From a virus (Duplodnaviria; Caudoviricetes): a DNA stretch of 33,716 bases. Shown here in pieces: positions 7,240 through 15,634 of this stretch (positions are counted from its first letter, which is position 1; every line of letters starts with the position of its first letter). The stretch is from the IMG/VR virus record IMGVR_UViG_3300016476_000924, positions 1 to 33,716 of that record. One strand, given 5' to 3'. The notes beneath the pieces are model-generated. The model worked only from the letters and a program-made list of their open reading frames with translations. It did no database searches and had not been told where the DNA came from. The translations under genes were made by a program, and so were the position numbers.

Positions 7240-7460
7240 TACTTCTTCTTTCCGTAGTTCTTGCTTGCTTTGCCTGAATTGTTCTTCAGACTTTGATACG
7301 CCATCCAAGATGCCCGCAGCACATCACGATAGTAGACAAGATAGCCATCCATATAGGTGTTTAAGTAGCCTTTTTGGATGTAGCTATTTATTGTCACTCG
7401 ATGAATTCCAGCCTTTTTTGCTGCATCACCGATACTCATAAGTGGCCCAGTACTATTCAT
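7239..7460 (-). CDS. Excisionase/MerR-like helix-turn-helix DNA-binding protein
   Basis: LMSIGDAAKKAGIHRVTINSYIQKGYL pattern. Confidence 0.8.
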   Translation of the reverse strand: MNSTGPLMSIGDAAKKAGIHRVTINSYIQKGYLNTYMDGYLVYYRDVLRASWMAYQSLKNNSGKASKNYGKKK

Positions 7461-7494
7461 ATCTAAAATCTACACATCTTTTTAGTTTTGTCAA
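7461..7494 (-). promoter_or_regulatory. SigmaA-type promoter, leaderless, heading the small-gene operon
   Basis: TTGACA-16 nt-TAGATT-6 nt-ATG. Confidence 0.7.
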
Positions 7495-7497
7495 GTG

Positions 7498-7570
7498 TCC
7501 CCGTAGTCAGACTCGAACTGACACTGAGCCGATTTTAAGTCGGGTTCCTCTGCCATTGGGATACACGGGG
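7498..7570 (-). tRNA. tRNA-Leu (anticodon TAA), short variable loop
   Basis: CCCCGTG/TACGGGG acceptor stem, CTTAAAA anticodon loop, GTCAG-TTCGAGT-CTGAC T arm; no encoded CCA. Confidence 0.9.
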
Positions 7571-7572
7571 GG

Positions 7573-7646
7573 TCGAGGCTGTGGGACTTGAACCCACGAC
7601 CGGCGAATTATGAGTTCGCTGCTCTGACCGGCTGAGCTAAGCCTCG
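7573..7646 (-). tRNA. tRNA with CAT anticodon (Ile2 or elongator Met)
   Basis: CGAGGCT/AGCCTCG acceptor stem, GCGAA-CTCATAA-TTCGC, GTGGG-TTCAAGT-CCCAC; lacks the initiator 3 G-C pairs. Confidence 0.9.
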
Positions 7647-7666
7647 ATGTACAGAAAAGTGTACAT

Positions 7667-8566
7667 CTAATTTATCTTTGACGCAAACAGCTCAGCTACA
7701 TGTCTATGTTGATGCTCGCCCATGTGACCACTTGTATCTCTGCCGCGGTTCCTAACATCATTATCGATCTCTGTGTGGCACTCAATAGTTTCCGGATTAT
7801 TGAAAAATACTTCATGCTTATCTAATGGATAAAAGCTAGACAGATCTAGTCTTGAAGATTTGTCTTCTTTTTTCTCTAACAAGAACTCGGTAGTGCCAGG
7901 CTCCCAACTAGACATTATGAGCTTAATTCCAGCTGCTTTACAGTAGTCAACTAAAAAGTTTAGGGACATCATGGAGTAGTACACTCCGATCTCTAAAGAA
8001 ATAACATCATTTACGTTGTAAGGCTTCAGAGAGTAGTCCGGATATGTCTTCTCATATTTAGTTCCCTCCCTAAAAAACGCCAAGTTTACATTTTTTATAT
8101 AGAAATTTTTTTCTTGTTTATTGATCAGGTAGGTGTTTACATCTTGATTTATTGGAAGTTGAATCCTGTACAGACCTGGCAAGAATACGCATACAATCTC
8201 AGGAGCACCATACTCTCTTATGTGAGCCATTACAGTTTCAGCGATCGATCCAAAAGATCCGCCGACAATACCTAAATTTGCACAAGACATTCCAGTTAGA
8301 TTAGACAGCACTGATGACCAGATCTTGTCCTGGTCCACACCAAGTCCGACAGTATTTGAGCACCCGGCAGCCAAAATCTTGGTTCCGGAAGCAAACTCGG
8401 AGGATCGATAACCCAAAGAGTTAAGAATGTGCTCGGTTCCGGAATCATCAATAAAGTTAACTTTTGTTGGTTCTTTACCCTCTAAAGAAAACTCGGTCAT
8501 CTGTTTATAAAGAGCTTTGTCTTTATAGATGTCAGGATGTATAGCTTGATATTTTCTACGAACCAT
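7667..8566 (-). CDS. SGNH/GDSL-hydrolase-like protein (paralog 1)
   Basis: LNSLGYRS, AGCSNTVG, NLGIVGGS, C-terminal DTSGH. Confidence 0.7.
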   Translation of the reverse strand: MVRRKYQAIHPDIYKDKALYKQMTEFSLEGKEPTKVNFIDDSGTEHILNSLGYRSSEFASGTKILAAGCSNTVGLGVDQDKIWSSVLSNLTGMSCANLGIVGGSFGSIAETVMAHIREYGAPEIVCVFLPGLYRIQLPINQDVNTYLINKQEKNFYIKNVNLAFFREGTKYEKTYPDYSLKPYNVNDVISLEIGVYYSMMSLNFLVDYCKAAGIKLIMSSWEPGTTEFLLEKKEDKSSRLDLSSFYPLDKHEVFFNNPETIECHTEIDNDVRNRGRDTSGHMGEHQHRHVAELFASKIN

Positions 8567-8568
8567 TT

Positions 8569-9273
8569 CTACCTAAGCTCGTAGATAATTTCTTTGTGGT
8601 GATTTACCTTTATTCTGGTATCTAAATAAACTTTAAACCCGTTACGCCGAGCATTCATACAGAATGAGTAGTCTTCTCCAATGTTTAAGTCAAATTCTAA
8701 ATGCTCCCAACGAATTCTTTCCATCAAAAACCACGGCCTGTCGCACTTCTCGAAGACACCACTTTTCATGGCAATAAACCCAAACCCAAGCCCGAACACT
8801 TCAATTACAGGATCATCAATCAAAATAAAGTCTTGCTCCCGAACAACTGTAGGCTGCCCAGCGGAGTCAAACATCGCTACAGCCACCCTGCCCTCGGGAG
8901 TAGTTTGATACATCCCGCCAACAACATCTAGCTCATGTTCCCAGAGTGCTTTAAACTGCTCGATTCCCCAGCTAATGTCTGAGTCAATCCAGATGATCTT
9001 GTCGTAGGTAAACTGACCACGCCCAATCTCCCTGGTCTTCCAGTCGGGACCATAAGAATCTAACGCCGTTAACTCTCGAGTTGTAGACACTAAAGATCCG
9101 GATTTATTGAGCCATTTATAGGTAAGACCTTGCTCACTCAGCCAACGTAGTGTTTCCACCAGACTTGTGACATAGCCCTGATGAAGCTCTTTACCCGGAG
9201 TGGCAATTACAACGTTATAGTGCGGCTTGTCTGGACTGCAGCTAACGCAATCCTTCTCCCTAATCCGTACCAT
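8569..9273 (-). CDS. GT-A fold glycosyltransferase-like protein
   Basis: VVIATP, WIDSD (DxD), GFGFIAM, GEDYSFC. Confidence 0.8.
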   Translation of the reverse strand: MVRIREKDCVSCSPDKPHYNVVIATPGKELHQGYVTSLVETLRWLSEQGLTYKWLNKSGSLVSTTRELTALDSYGPDWKTREIGRGQFTYDKIIWIDSDISWGIEQFKALWEHELDVVGGMYQTTPEGRVAVAMFDSAGQPTVVREQDFILIDDPVIEVFGLGFGFIAMKSGVFEKCDRPWFLMERIRWEHLEFDLNIGEDYSFCMNARRNGFKVYLDTRIKVNHHKEIIYELR

Positions 9274-9607
9274 CGTCTAACTCGGCTTTCTTTGCCTTCA
9301 TCTTTTCTTTGTGCTCTATAGCTAAATTTTCCACTGTCTGGTTTTTATAGTGTACTCGCTTAACCCTATCTAACTTAAAACTTCTCCACTGTTCGGCTCC
9401 CTTAGGGCCACCCCAGACGTCTATCCACTCTATACCACGGGCATTGGTAACTTTTCGAATGAACCTAAATCTGCCCCGCTCTTTCGAGATCTTTAGCTCG
9501 GTGCCTGGCGTAATGTTTCTGCCATTTATCTGAATCTCGGTTACGTAGATCCATTCAGCGTTTGGTCGAGGTACCAGCGGCTCTGACGGCTTTCTCTTTC
9601 TCCCCAT
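9260..9607 (-). CDS. Basic beta-rich hypothetical protein
   Basis: 115 aa; overlaps neighbours. Confidence 0.75.
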   Translation of the reverse strand: MGRKRKPSEPLVPRPNAEWIYVTEIQINGRNITPGTELKISKERGRFRFIRKVTNARGIEWIDVWGGPKGAEQWRSFKLDRVKRVHYKNQTVENLAIEHKEKMKAKKAELDDGTD

Positions 9608-9959
9608 TTAGATCCTCTTCTAGTTGTAACCATTCAATTACGTCTGGATTATCTTTTATGAACGATAGCATAGGTGCTTCCCAAATGCCAATAAAGTGGT
9701 GCTCCCATATATCATACGTGTCTTTTGGTCCAGGCTCTTTTTGCCCGCTGCCGTACACCATCCCAATTGCATGAATGATTTCGTGTAGAAGAGTTTGTTG
9801 CTTTTTAGTAAATGCAATATTGGCGTCTATTACTATTAGATTCCCCTGATCTAACGTGTAGCCATAAGAGTTGTCGTTTAGTGTTCCATCTTTTTTAGCG
9901 TCGCGCTCTTCTATCCTGAAGATCTGCGCACCGATTTTAACTTTCTTCGGAGTCTGCAT
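9555..9959 (-). CDS. HEXXH zinc metallopeptidase-like phage protein
   Basis: TLLHEIIHA motif. Confidence 0.7.
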   Translation of the reverse strand: MQTPKKVKIGAQIFRIEERDAKKDGTLNDNSYGYTLDQGNLIVIDANIAFTKKQQTLLHEIIHAIGMVYGSGQKEPGPKDTYDIWEHHFIGIWEAPMLSFIKDNPDVIEWLQLEEDLNGEKEKAVRAAGTSTKR

Positions 9960-10629
9960 CTCTTACCTCGATAATAGTGGCGTCTGCTATGTTTTTCACA
10001 CTGGAAGCATACCAACTGCCCCCACGGGCAGAAGGTATCCCCTGCTGATTAAGGCTATCAGCTATCATTTGATATGAGTGCCCCATACCCCTTTTAAGCT
10101 TGATTTGTTCAGCAACAGCCGGAGAAATCACCTGCTTTGGGCCCATATCCTTGCCCCAGACTACCCCACGCTCACGACGGTCTTTATGGATGTCTTTGGC
10201 TCGTTCGGCTATGATTCCTCGCTCCATCTCGGCGAGCGCCGACATAATCGTAACTACGAAGCGGCCCTGATATGTAGATGTATCAAGATTCAGGTCCAGC
10301 ATGATCAGACGCCAACCATTGCGGCCAGCTCGATCCACAATATCCAGGAAGTCCTTGGTTGACCTGGCCAACCTATCAATCCTGGTTACAATCAACGCCT
10401 GCGCTTTTCCGGCGTCTAACTGATGAAGGGCGTCTATTAACTTTGGTCGCCCCGAGACATTCTTGCCCGATCGCCCCTCCTCAAGCAGAACTTCCCACTC
10501 ATTGAACCCATACATTTGAGCGGCTTGAATCAGCTGTCTTTCCTGCGCCCCCAGCGATACCCCATCATCCACCTGCATTTGCGTTGACACTCTCGCATAT
10601 AAGAGTGCTTTTTCAATAGGGGCGTCCAC
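9937..10629 (-). CDS. Serine recombinase (resolvase/invertase catalytic domain plus short recombinase-type DNA-binding domain)
   Basis: YARVST, SG..RP.L, DRLAR, AEMER..I.ER, IADSLN..G...RGGSW. Confidence 0.93.
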   Translation of the reverse strand: MDAPIEKALLYARVSTQMQVDDGVSLGAQERQLIQAAQMYGFNEWEVLLEEGRSGKNVSGRPKLIDALHQLDAGKAQALIVTRIDRLARSTKDFLDIVDRAGRNGWRLIMLDLNLDTSTYQGRFVVTIMSALAEMERGIIAERAKDIHKDRRERGVVWGKDMGPKQVISPAVAEQIKLKRGMGHSYQMIADSLNQQGIPSARGGSWYASSVKNIADATIIEVRDADSEES

Positions 10630-10712
10630 TATTTTTACCTATCTTGCTTGGCGAAGGGCACACACTTATACTATAGGATTAGCTAACGATTAAGTAGAAG
10701 GTTAGGGGTGCC

Positions 10713-11531
10713 ATGAAAAAAGTACAAAAGTTCTATGTCAAGACCCCCTTTAATCAGCACCGAAGCCTAAAAAGAGAAGTGGAAACACTAAGCTCTAAAG
10801 ATCCGTTTGAACTAGTTCCCATCCTCAGGCAGGTGCCTTTTACTGAAGAATCTATGGTTTTAGAGGTGGGGTCAGGTACCGGATGGCTTCTTAACGGCTT
10901 AGCCCTATTTCACACAATCCCTGGCCTCGGGCTTGATCTGAACCCAAGAGCTGTCAAATTTTCCAACAAGATCTCTAAAAAACTTGGATTACATAACAGA
11001 TTTATCCAAGGGGACTTGTTTGACTTTAGGTTGTACAGCCAGTTTGATGTAATTATTTCTTATGGGGCACTCCATCACACTAAAGACTGCCACGAAGCAA
11101 TTAGACATCTCTCATCGCTATTAAAGCCAGGAGGGCACATAGTTCTTGGCCTGTATCACATAAGCAGAAGACCATTCTTAGAGCACTTTGACAAGTTAAA
11201 GATGAGATACGGGAAGCGTAGGCTTAAAAAAGAATTCTTTAAATTTAGATACGGATCATATACAACCGATAAAACGGTGCTTAAGTCTATCTTTTATGAT
11301 CAGGTGTTTCACCCTCACGAGACCCAGCACTCCCTGCCGGAGATCATGGAGGTCCTGGAATCATCAAATTGCAAGCTAGTGTCTACTTCCATTAATCAAT
11401 TCAAGCCTTTCACTGATGGTGAAGACTGGAACTATCTAGAGAAAGTCCTAATAAATAAAGCAAAATGGGATAGAGCGAATAAGATTATGAATTTTGGATT
11501 CTTTACTGTTCTAGCAAAAAAGCAGGACTAA
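10713..11531 (+). CDS. Class I SAM-dependent methyltransferase
   Basis: VLEVGSGTG, FDVIISYGALHH, LKPGG, DQVFHPHE. Confidence 0.9.
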   Translation: MKKVQKFYVKTPFNQHRSLKREVETLSSKDPFELVPILRQVPFTEESMVLEVGSGTGWLLNGLALFHTIPGLGLDLNPRAVKFSNKISKKLGLHNRFIQGDLFDFRLYSQFDVIISYGALHHTKDCHEAIRHLSSLLKPGGHIVLGLYHISRRPFLEHFDKLKMRYGKRRLKKEFFKFRYGSYTTDKTVLKSIFYDQVFHPHETQHSLPEIMEVLESSNCKLVSTSINQFKPFTDGEDWNYLEKVLINKAKWDRANKIMNFGFFTVLAKKQD

Positions 11532-11614
11532 TAAATAAATCTGTCTGTCTTCTTGTTCTTTCTTGGCCAGATAAGTCTTTTTAAGTTCTTTAGGATCTTT
11601 TTAATTTGCTTCAT
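11528..11614 (-). CDS. Basic micro-peptide ending FIY (MKQIKKILKNLKRLIWPRKNKKTDRFIY), not in the ORF track
   Basis: Hand-translated; GAGAGG SD; paralog at 13208-13300. Confidence 0.7.
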   Translation of the reverse strand: MKQIKKILKNLKRLIWPRKNKKTDRFIY

Positions 11615-12620
11615 TGTCAGCCCTCTCGGTCTTTAAATACTCCATCAGGCCCATTTTATCAATAGCATTAGCCAAAGATGATTCGTCGGGTGCTCCCCAA
11701 TAACCAAAATACCTACCTCGAAGGATGTCCTCTTGCTGCCGATCCTGAGTTACTGCGGCCGTCTTGTGGGATGGACTTTCCTCTGCCGATCGCCAATCTT
11801 TATCCCCATCTATAAGCTCTCCGTCTCTAAACTTATTTTTGGACAAAAAGACTGGCTGTCTAGGTGTATATATGTCGAAGCCACGGGAGATCAGTCTTAA
11901 AGAGTAGTTGAGCTGATCTCCATCAAAAGTGTTGTACGGGTCGTGCAAAAAGTCCCTAATGTACTTTGTCCTAAAGAACATAAATGCAGCAAAGACACCA
12001 GGAGACTTTTCATAGTCTAATTCAGGAGGGTAGTCCCCATATACCTCTGGATACCTCTGGTCCGAATCTTCCTGCATTAAAAGTCTTGTTTTTCCGTTTG
12101 AAAGTGGCCTACCCCACATGGTAGGCATATCAGAAGCAGAAGAATCAAAGTTATACGGGTCAACCTCATGCTCAAACATTAGGAGACACTTAGAGTCATC
12201 ATCTTTATCTTCAATCCAAGGAAGTGGGCAACCACTCAACACAACCTTGTTTGATTTGGTTGTCTCCTCGATCTCGGACAGAGTTGCTATTAATTTAGAG
12301 TCCCAGCCTTTATCAAAAATTGTGTGAGCATCAACCTGTAAAGAATATTCAGTTTCAATAGGCTGCAGCATGGATGAAACCATCCTACTAATTCCTATAC
12401 CCAATGGGCCAGCAGTTTTTGCCTCGACCAAGCAAACCCTTCCAGATTTTACCCAGCCTAGAATTTCAGGATCTGTAATAAAGTCTTCGTCAGAAATCAC
12501 TGTGTTAAAAACCCCAAAAAATACTCTATCCGCCAAATCAGCATTATGTAGAGCACTTTTTATTGTTAGCGGAAGATATCTTTCCCGCACTGCAGCAATG
12601 TAGACGAATATTCTATCCAC
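11601..12620 (-). CDS. GT60-like glycosyltransferase (Skp1-hydroxyproline GlcNAc transferase family)
   Basis: IFVYIAAVRE...RVFFGVF, EYSLQVDAHTIFDKGWD, FDGDQ...SLRLISRGFDIYTP; start revised to GTG 12620. Confidence 0.75.
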   Translation of the reverse strand: MDRIFVYIAAVRERYLPLTIKSALHNADLADRVFFGVFNTVISDEDFITDPEILGWVKSGRVCLVEAKTAGPLGIGISRMVSSMLQPIETEYSLQVDAHTIFDKGWDSKLIATLSEIEETTKSNKVVLSGCPLPWIEDKDDDSKCLLMFEHEVDPYNFDSSASDMPTMWGRPLSNGKTRLLMQEDSDQRYPEVYGDYPPELDYEKSPGVFAAFMFFRTKYIRDFLHDPYNTFDGDQLNYSLRLISRGFDIYTPRQPVFLSKNKFRDGELIDGDKDWRSAEESPSHKTAAVTQDRQQEDILRGRYFGYWGAPDESSLANAIDKMGLMEYLKTERADNEAN

Positions 12621-12621
12621 G

Positions 12622-13206
12622 CTAAAACCTGTCTGAAGCGTTCTCCATCGGAGGCATATAGAACTCATCAAACCTTGTTTTCAGTACAACTTCTGCATAC
12701 CAGTAGATGACCTCCAACTTGAAACCAGAAGTTACTTTGTTTACTCCAACCTTGTTGACGTCATCTACCTCATACATGATCAAGTCGCCAGCCTCTAATT
12801 TAAATGACTCTCCATGATTTTCGAAGTTTGTTTCTCCACCTTCGTACTCATCACTTATTGAAAGAACGGCTATCTTTCGGTGAACTTCGTGTACCTGGGC
12901 ATCTCGACTTGTGTCAATTTCTACAAACGGCGGGATTTCTGTTCCAGCATCGATCTTTCGTATAAAAAACTTAGTAGACTCTATAACGCTTAGTGTCTGC
13001 AGCTCTCTAAACCTGGTGTCAGAAACTCTAAATCCTTTTTCTATGTTCCCCTGAGGGTCCCAAGTATCTGGCCTATTGTGAAGAACTACAGTAGTAATTC
13101 CATCTACCGGACTAGAAGTTTTTAGCAACTCAAGCGCATAGGTTTTTAATTGATTGGCTTCTTCTTTTGTCAGAAGCTCTTTGACTAGTTCGTATTTGTG
13201 CGGCAT
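12622..13206 (-). CDS. 2OG-Fe(II) oxygenase-fold protein lacking the iron ligands
   Basis: DEYEGGETNF, LEAGDLIMY, GVNKVTSG.K retained; HxD and distal His absent. Confidence 0.75.
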   Translation of the reverse strand: MPHKYELVKELLTKEEANQLKTYALELLKTSSPVDGITTVVLHNRPDTWDPQGNIEKGFRVSDTRFRELQTLSVIESTKFFIRKIDAGTEIPPFVEIDTSRDAQVHEVHRKIAVLSISDEYEGGETNFENHGESFKLEAGDLIMYEVDDVNKVGVNKVTSGFKLEVIYWYAEVVLKTRFDEFYMPPMENASDRF

Positions 13207-13207
13207 A

Positions 13208-13300
13208 TTAGTAGATAAATTCGTTTTTAGGTCGTTTACGGGGGAATAGGCAGTTTTTTATTTTTCTATAGATCTTTTCTATGTAATAAAGAATTGCCAT
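13208..13300 (-). CDS. Basic micro-peptide ending FIY (MAILYYIEKIYRKIKNCLFPRKRPKNEFIY), not in the ORF track
   Basis: Hand-translated; abuts both neighbours; paralog at 11528-11614. Confidence 0.7.
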   Translation of the reverse strand: MAILYYIEKIYRKIKNCLFPRKRPKNEFIY

Positions 13301-14197
13301 TTACTTGTCCGTTTCGGTGAGGGCTCGGTAAAAGTCTAGTGCCCAGTGGATATGCTGATGTGTCCCGGAATGCAGCTTGTCGTCCGAGCCTATGTAGTAG
13401 TTATCTCCATGTATTTCTTTCTCAAAATCGTGGCACCCCTCAGGGAGACCAATCTTTTGGTAATCTTTGTCGTAGCACGACGTCTTTAGCTGATCCGGGA
13501 TTGATAGGTTAAATTTTTTCTCTACCTCGTCTAGAAATATTTCTGTGTCTTTGTCCCAGGTAGCCCAGACAAACTTAATATCCATCAGTCTGCAGTAATC
13601 GGAAAGGATTCTGACTGATTGGCACCACTGATGTATTGCCATCTCTGGCGAGATTACATAAAAAGAAGGGAAAGGCCTTTTTAAGTACTTAGGCTGTCCA
13701 TCATGCCAAGGGGTAGCTACAGGAGTGTCAAAGCTTTGCTGATACGGTTGCTTATCGACATTAGGTATTATGTCTGTTCCGTGAATTTCTTTGTTAAATG
13801 GTGCGTAGTATCTCCTAAAATAAGGCAACAGTATGGCTACGTATTTTGGCTTCGGGTTTTCTCGTAAATAAGAGATAATAGTTTCAACTATGTGCCCAGT
13901 AGATTTTCCAGATCTAGAAAAGTTAATGTAATTAGCTTTTAACTTCTTCCCTAGAAGTTCGGGCCAGGCATATTCGTCGGGAACCCCCACTCCCTCCGTA
14001 AAAGAGCATCCACCAATTACTAAATCTATTTGATCGCTATCTTCATTGTACTTACCGGAGCTTTTAAAAGACTTAGGAGTTTTTCCAAACAGACTGTTAA
14101 CAAATACCTGGTGACCACCAGTTTCATCGGTAAAGAAGTTGTCCCAAACTCCAGCCTGAGCTATGTGCTGTGGCGTTACATTAAAATCCTTATACAT
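13301..14197 (-). CDS. SGNH/GDSL-hydrolase-like protein (paralog 2)
   Basis: GGCSFTEGVGV, NFSRSGKS, DKLH. Confidence 0.7.
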   Translation of the reverse strand: MYKDFNVTPQHIAQAGVWDNFFTDETGGHQVFVNSLFGKTPKSFKSSGKYNEDSDQIDLVIGGCSFTEGVGVPDEYAWPELLGKKLKANYINFSRSGKSTGHIVETIISYLRENPKPKYVAILLPYFRRYYAPFNKEIHGTDIIPNVDKQPYQQSFDTPVATPWHDGQPKYLKRPFPSFYVISPEMAIHQWCQSVRILSDYCRLMDIKFVWATWDKDTEIFLDEVEKKFNLSIPDQLKTSCYDKDYQKIGLPEGCHDFEKEIHGDNYYIGSDDKLHSGTHQHIHWALDFYRALTETDK

Positions 14198-15634
14198 TTA
14201 ACTTATAATATCTTTCTTGTAAAACTCTTTCCAAGCTGCAACGTCTAGCTCGTCATTTATAATAGGCTGTCCCTTTATATTTAAACTAGTGTTTAATAGG
14301 ACCGGAACTCCAGTTAAAGAATACCATTTCGCTAAAACCTCATAGAGACCGGGGTGTTGATCTTTGTTTACTGTTTGAACTCTGGCTGTTCCGTCAGCAT
14401 GAACAACACTTGGAATTAAATCCGGCTTTAAGCATTTAGGTGTGTACTGCATGTAAGGCGAAGTGTAGTCCATATCAAACCATTCACTAGCATGCTCTTC
14501 CATTACTACTGGAGCAAAAGGTCTAAACAGCTCACGCTTCTTGATTAGATTTACCTTGTCTTTAATGTCAGGATCTCTTGGATCCGCCAAAATACTGCGA
14601 TTACCCAGTGCCCTTGGCCCATACTCCGCTCTTCCAGAAGCTACCGGTGCTATTTTGTCTTCAATAAGGGCGTTTAGTATTTTTTGTACTGGGTACTCTC
14701 CACCAAGATCGTGCCCCAAATAAGGACCTTTCCAGTCCAAGTGGTTTCCATATAAAGCAGCAGCAGCGCCCAAAGCTGACCCAGCGTCTCCAGGATTAGG
14801 CATAATCCATACATTCTTAAAGATCTTCCAGAGCATTGTGTTGGCCTTACTATTCAGAGCACAACCACCCATAAAGACTAAATTATCTTTACCGGTTTCA
14901 TTCTTGTGAGTACACATTATGTCCCAGAGCCTGGACTCATAAACTTTCTGTACAGCGGCAGCAATATCAAACCTAGCCTGCTCATCAATCGGTTCATCCC
15001 AGTCGGTTATGCCGTAGTGAAAGTTGTATTTTTGTTTTGCTACCCAAGGGAAATAGCCGTTTACCTTTTTCCAATACCTATCAGGATTTCCGTAAGCAGC
15101 CATCCCCATCATGATGTACTCTTCTTCATTTGCTTTTAGCCCGATCAGGTCTGTAAAAGCAGAGTAGAAAAGCCCAAAGCTAATTGGATACTTGATCTTT
15201 TCGACCGGCTTTATCTTGTTTCCTTCTCCAATCCAAATTGACCCAGTATCAAATTCTCCGATGGCGTCTAGCACGACAATAAGGGCGTCTGTCATACCAG
15301 ATGTGTAATACCCAGCGGCCGCATGGGAGTAGTGGTGCTTAAAGCTTTTTACCGGAATGCCTTTCAGCAGCGGGCTAGATTTGAAGTACGGCTTTCCTCC
15401 ACCAAATCCTCCATGCCTAGCAATCCTTAGCTTCTTTAGCCAGTAGTCTTCGTAGTAGGCGATTTTGTCTGGCTTACCATACGTAAGGGCGTCTGCTATA
15501 AGCTGATCGTTGGTATACCAGTCATTCTTCTCTTTGCTATACCTCTCAGCGTGACCAGCAAAGAGTACTTTTCCATCCTCAATCAGACAGACCGCCGCAT
15601 CATGGGTAGTCTCATTTACGCCCAAAATCTTCAT
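14198..15634 (-). CDS. NodU/CmcH/TobZ-family carbamoyltransferase
   Basis: HDAA, HHYSHAA, GGCALN, PGDAG, EYGPRALGNRS, FRPFAP, HADGTARVQTV, LLNTSLN. Confidence 0.95.
   Translation of the reverse strand: MKILGVNETTHDAAVCLIEDGKVLFAGHAERYSKEKNDWYTNDQLIADALTYGKPDKIAYYEDYWLKKLRIARHGGFGGGKPYFKSSPLLKGIPVKSFKHHYSHAAAGYYTSGMTDALIVVLDAIGEFDTGSIWIGEGNKIKPVEKIKYPISFGLFYSAFTDLIGLKANEEEYIMMGMAAYGNPDRYWKKVNGYFPWVAKQKYNFHYGITDWDEPIDEQARFDIAAAVQKVYESRLWDIMCTHKNETGKDNLVFMGGCALNSKANTMLWKIFKNVWIMPNPGDAGSALGAAAALYGNHLDWKGPYLGHDLGGEYPVQKILNALIEDKIAPVASGRAEYGPRALGNRSILADPRDPDIKDKVNLIKKRELFRPFAPVVMEEHASEWFDMDYTSPYMQYTPKCLKPDLIPSVVHADGTARVQTVNKDQHPGLYEVLAKWYSLTGVPVLLNTSLNIKGQPIINDELDVAAWKEFYKKDIIS

Noticed and set aside
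440-9930. Plus-strand ORFs such as 440-694, 893-1222, 2011-2241, 2247-2528, 4165-4494 and 8681-8931
   Set aside because: Antisense shadows of a gap-free, translationally coupled minus-strand operon; no motifs
9937-10629. IS607/Tn3-type transposon
   Set aside because: No TnpB or transposase, no terminal repeats seen, and no N-terminal MerR-type HTH
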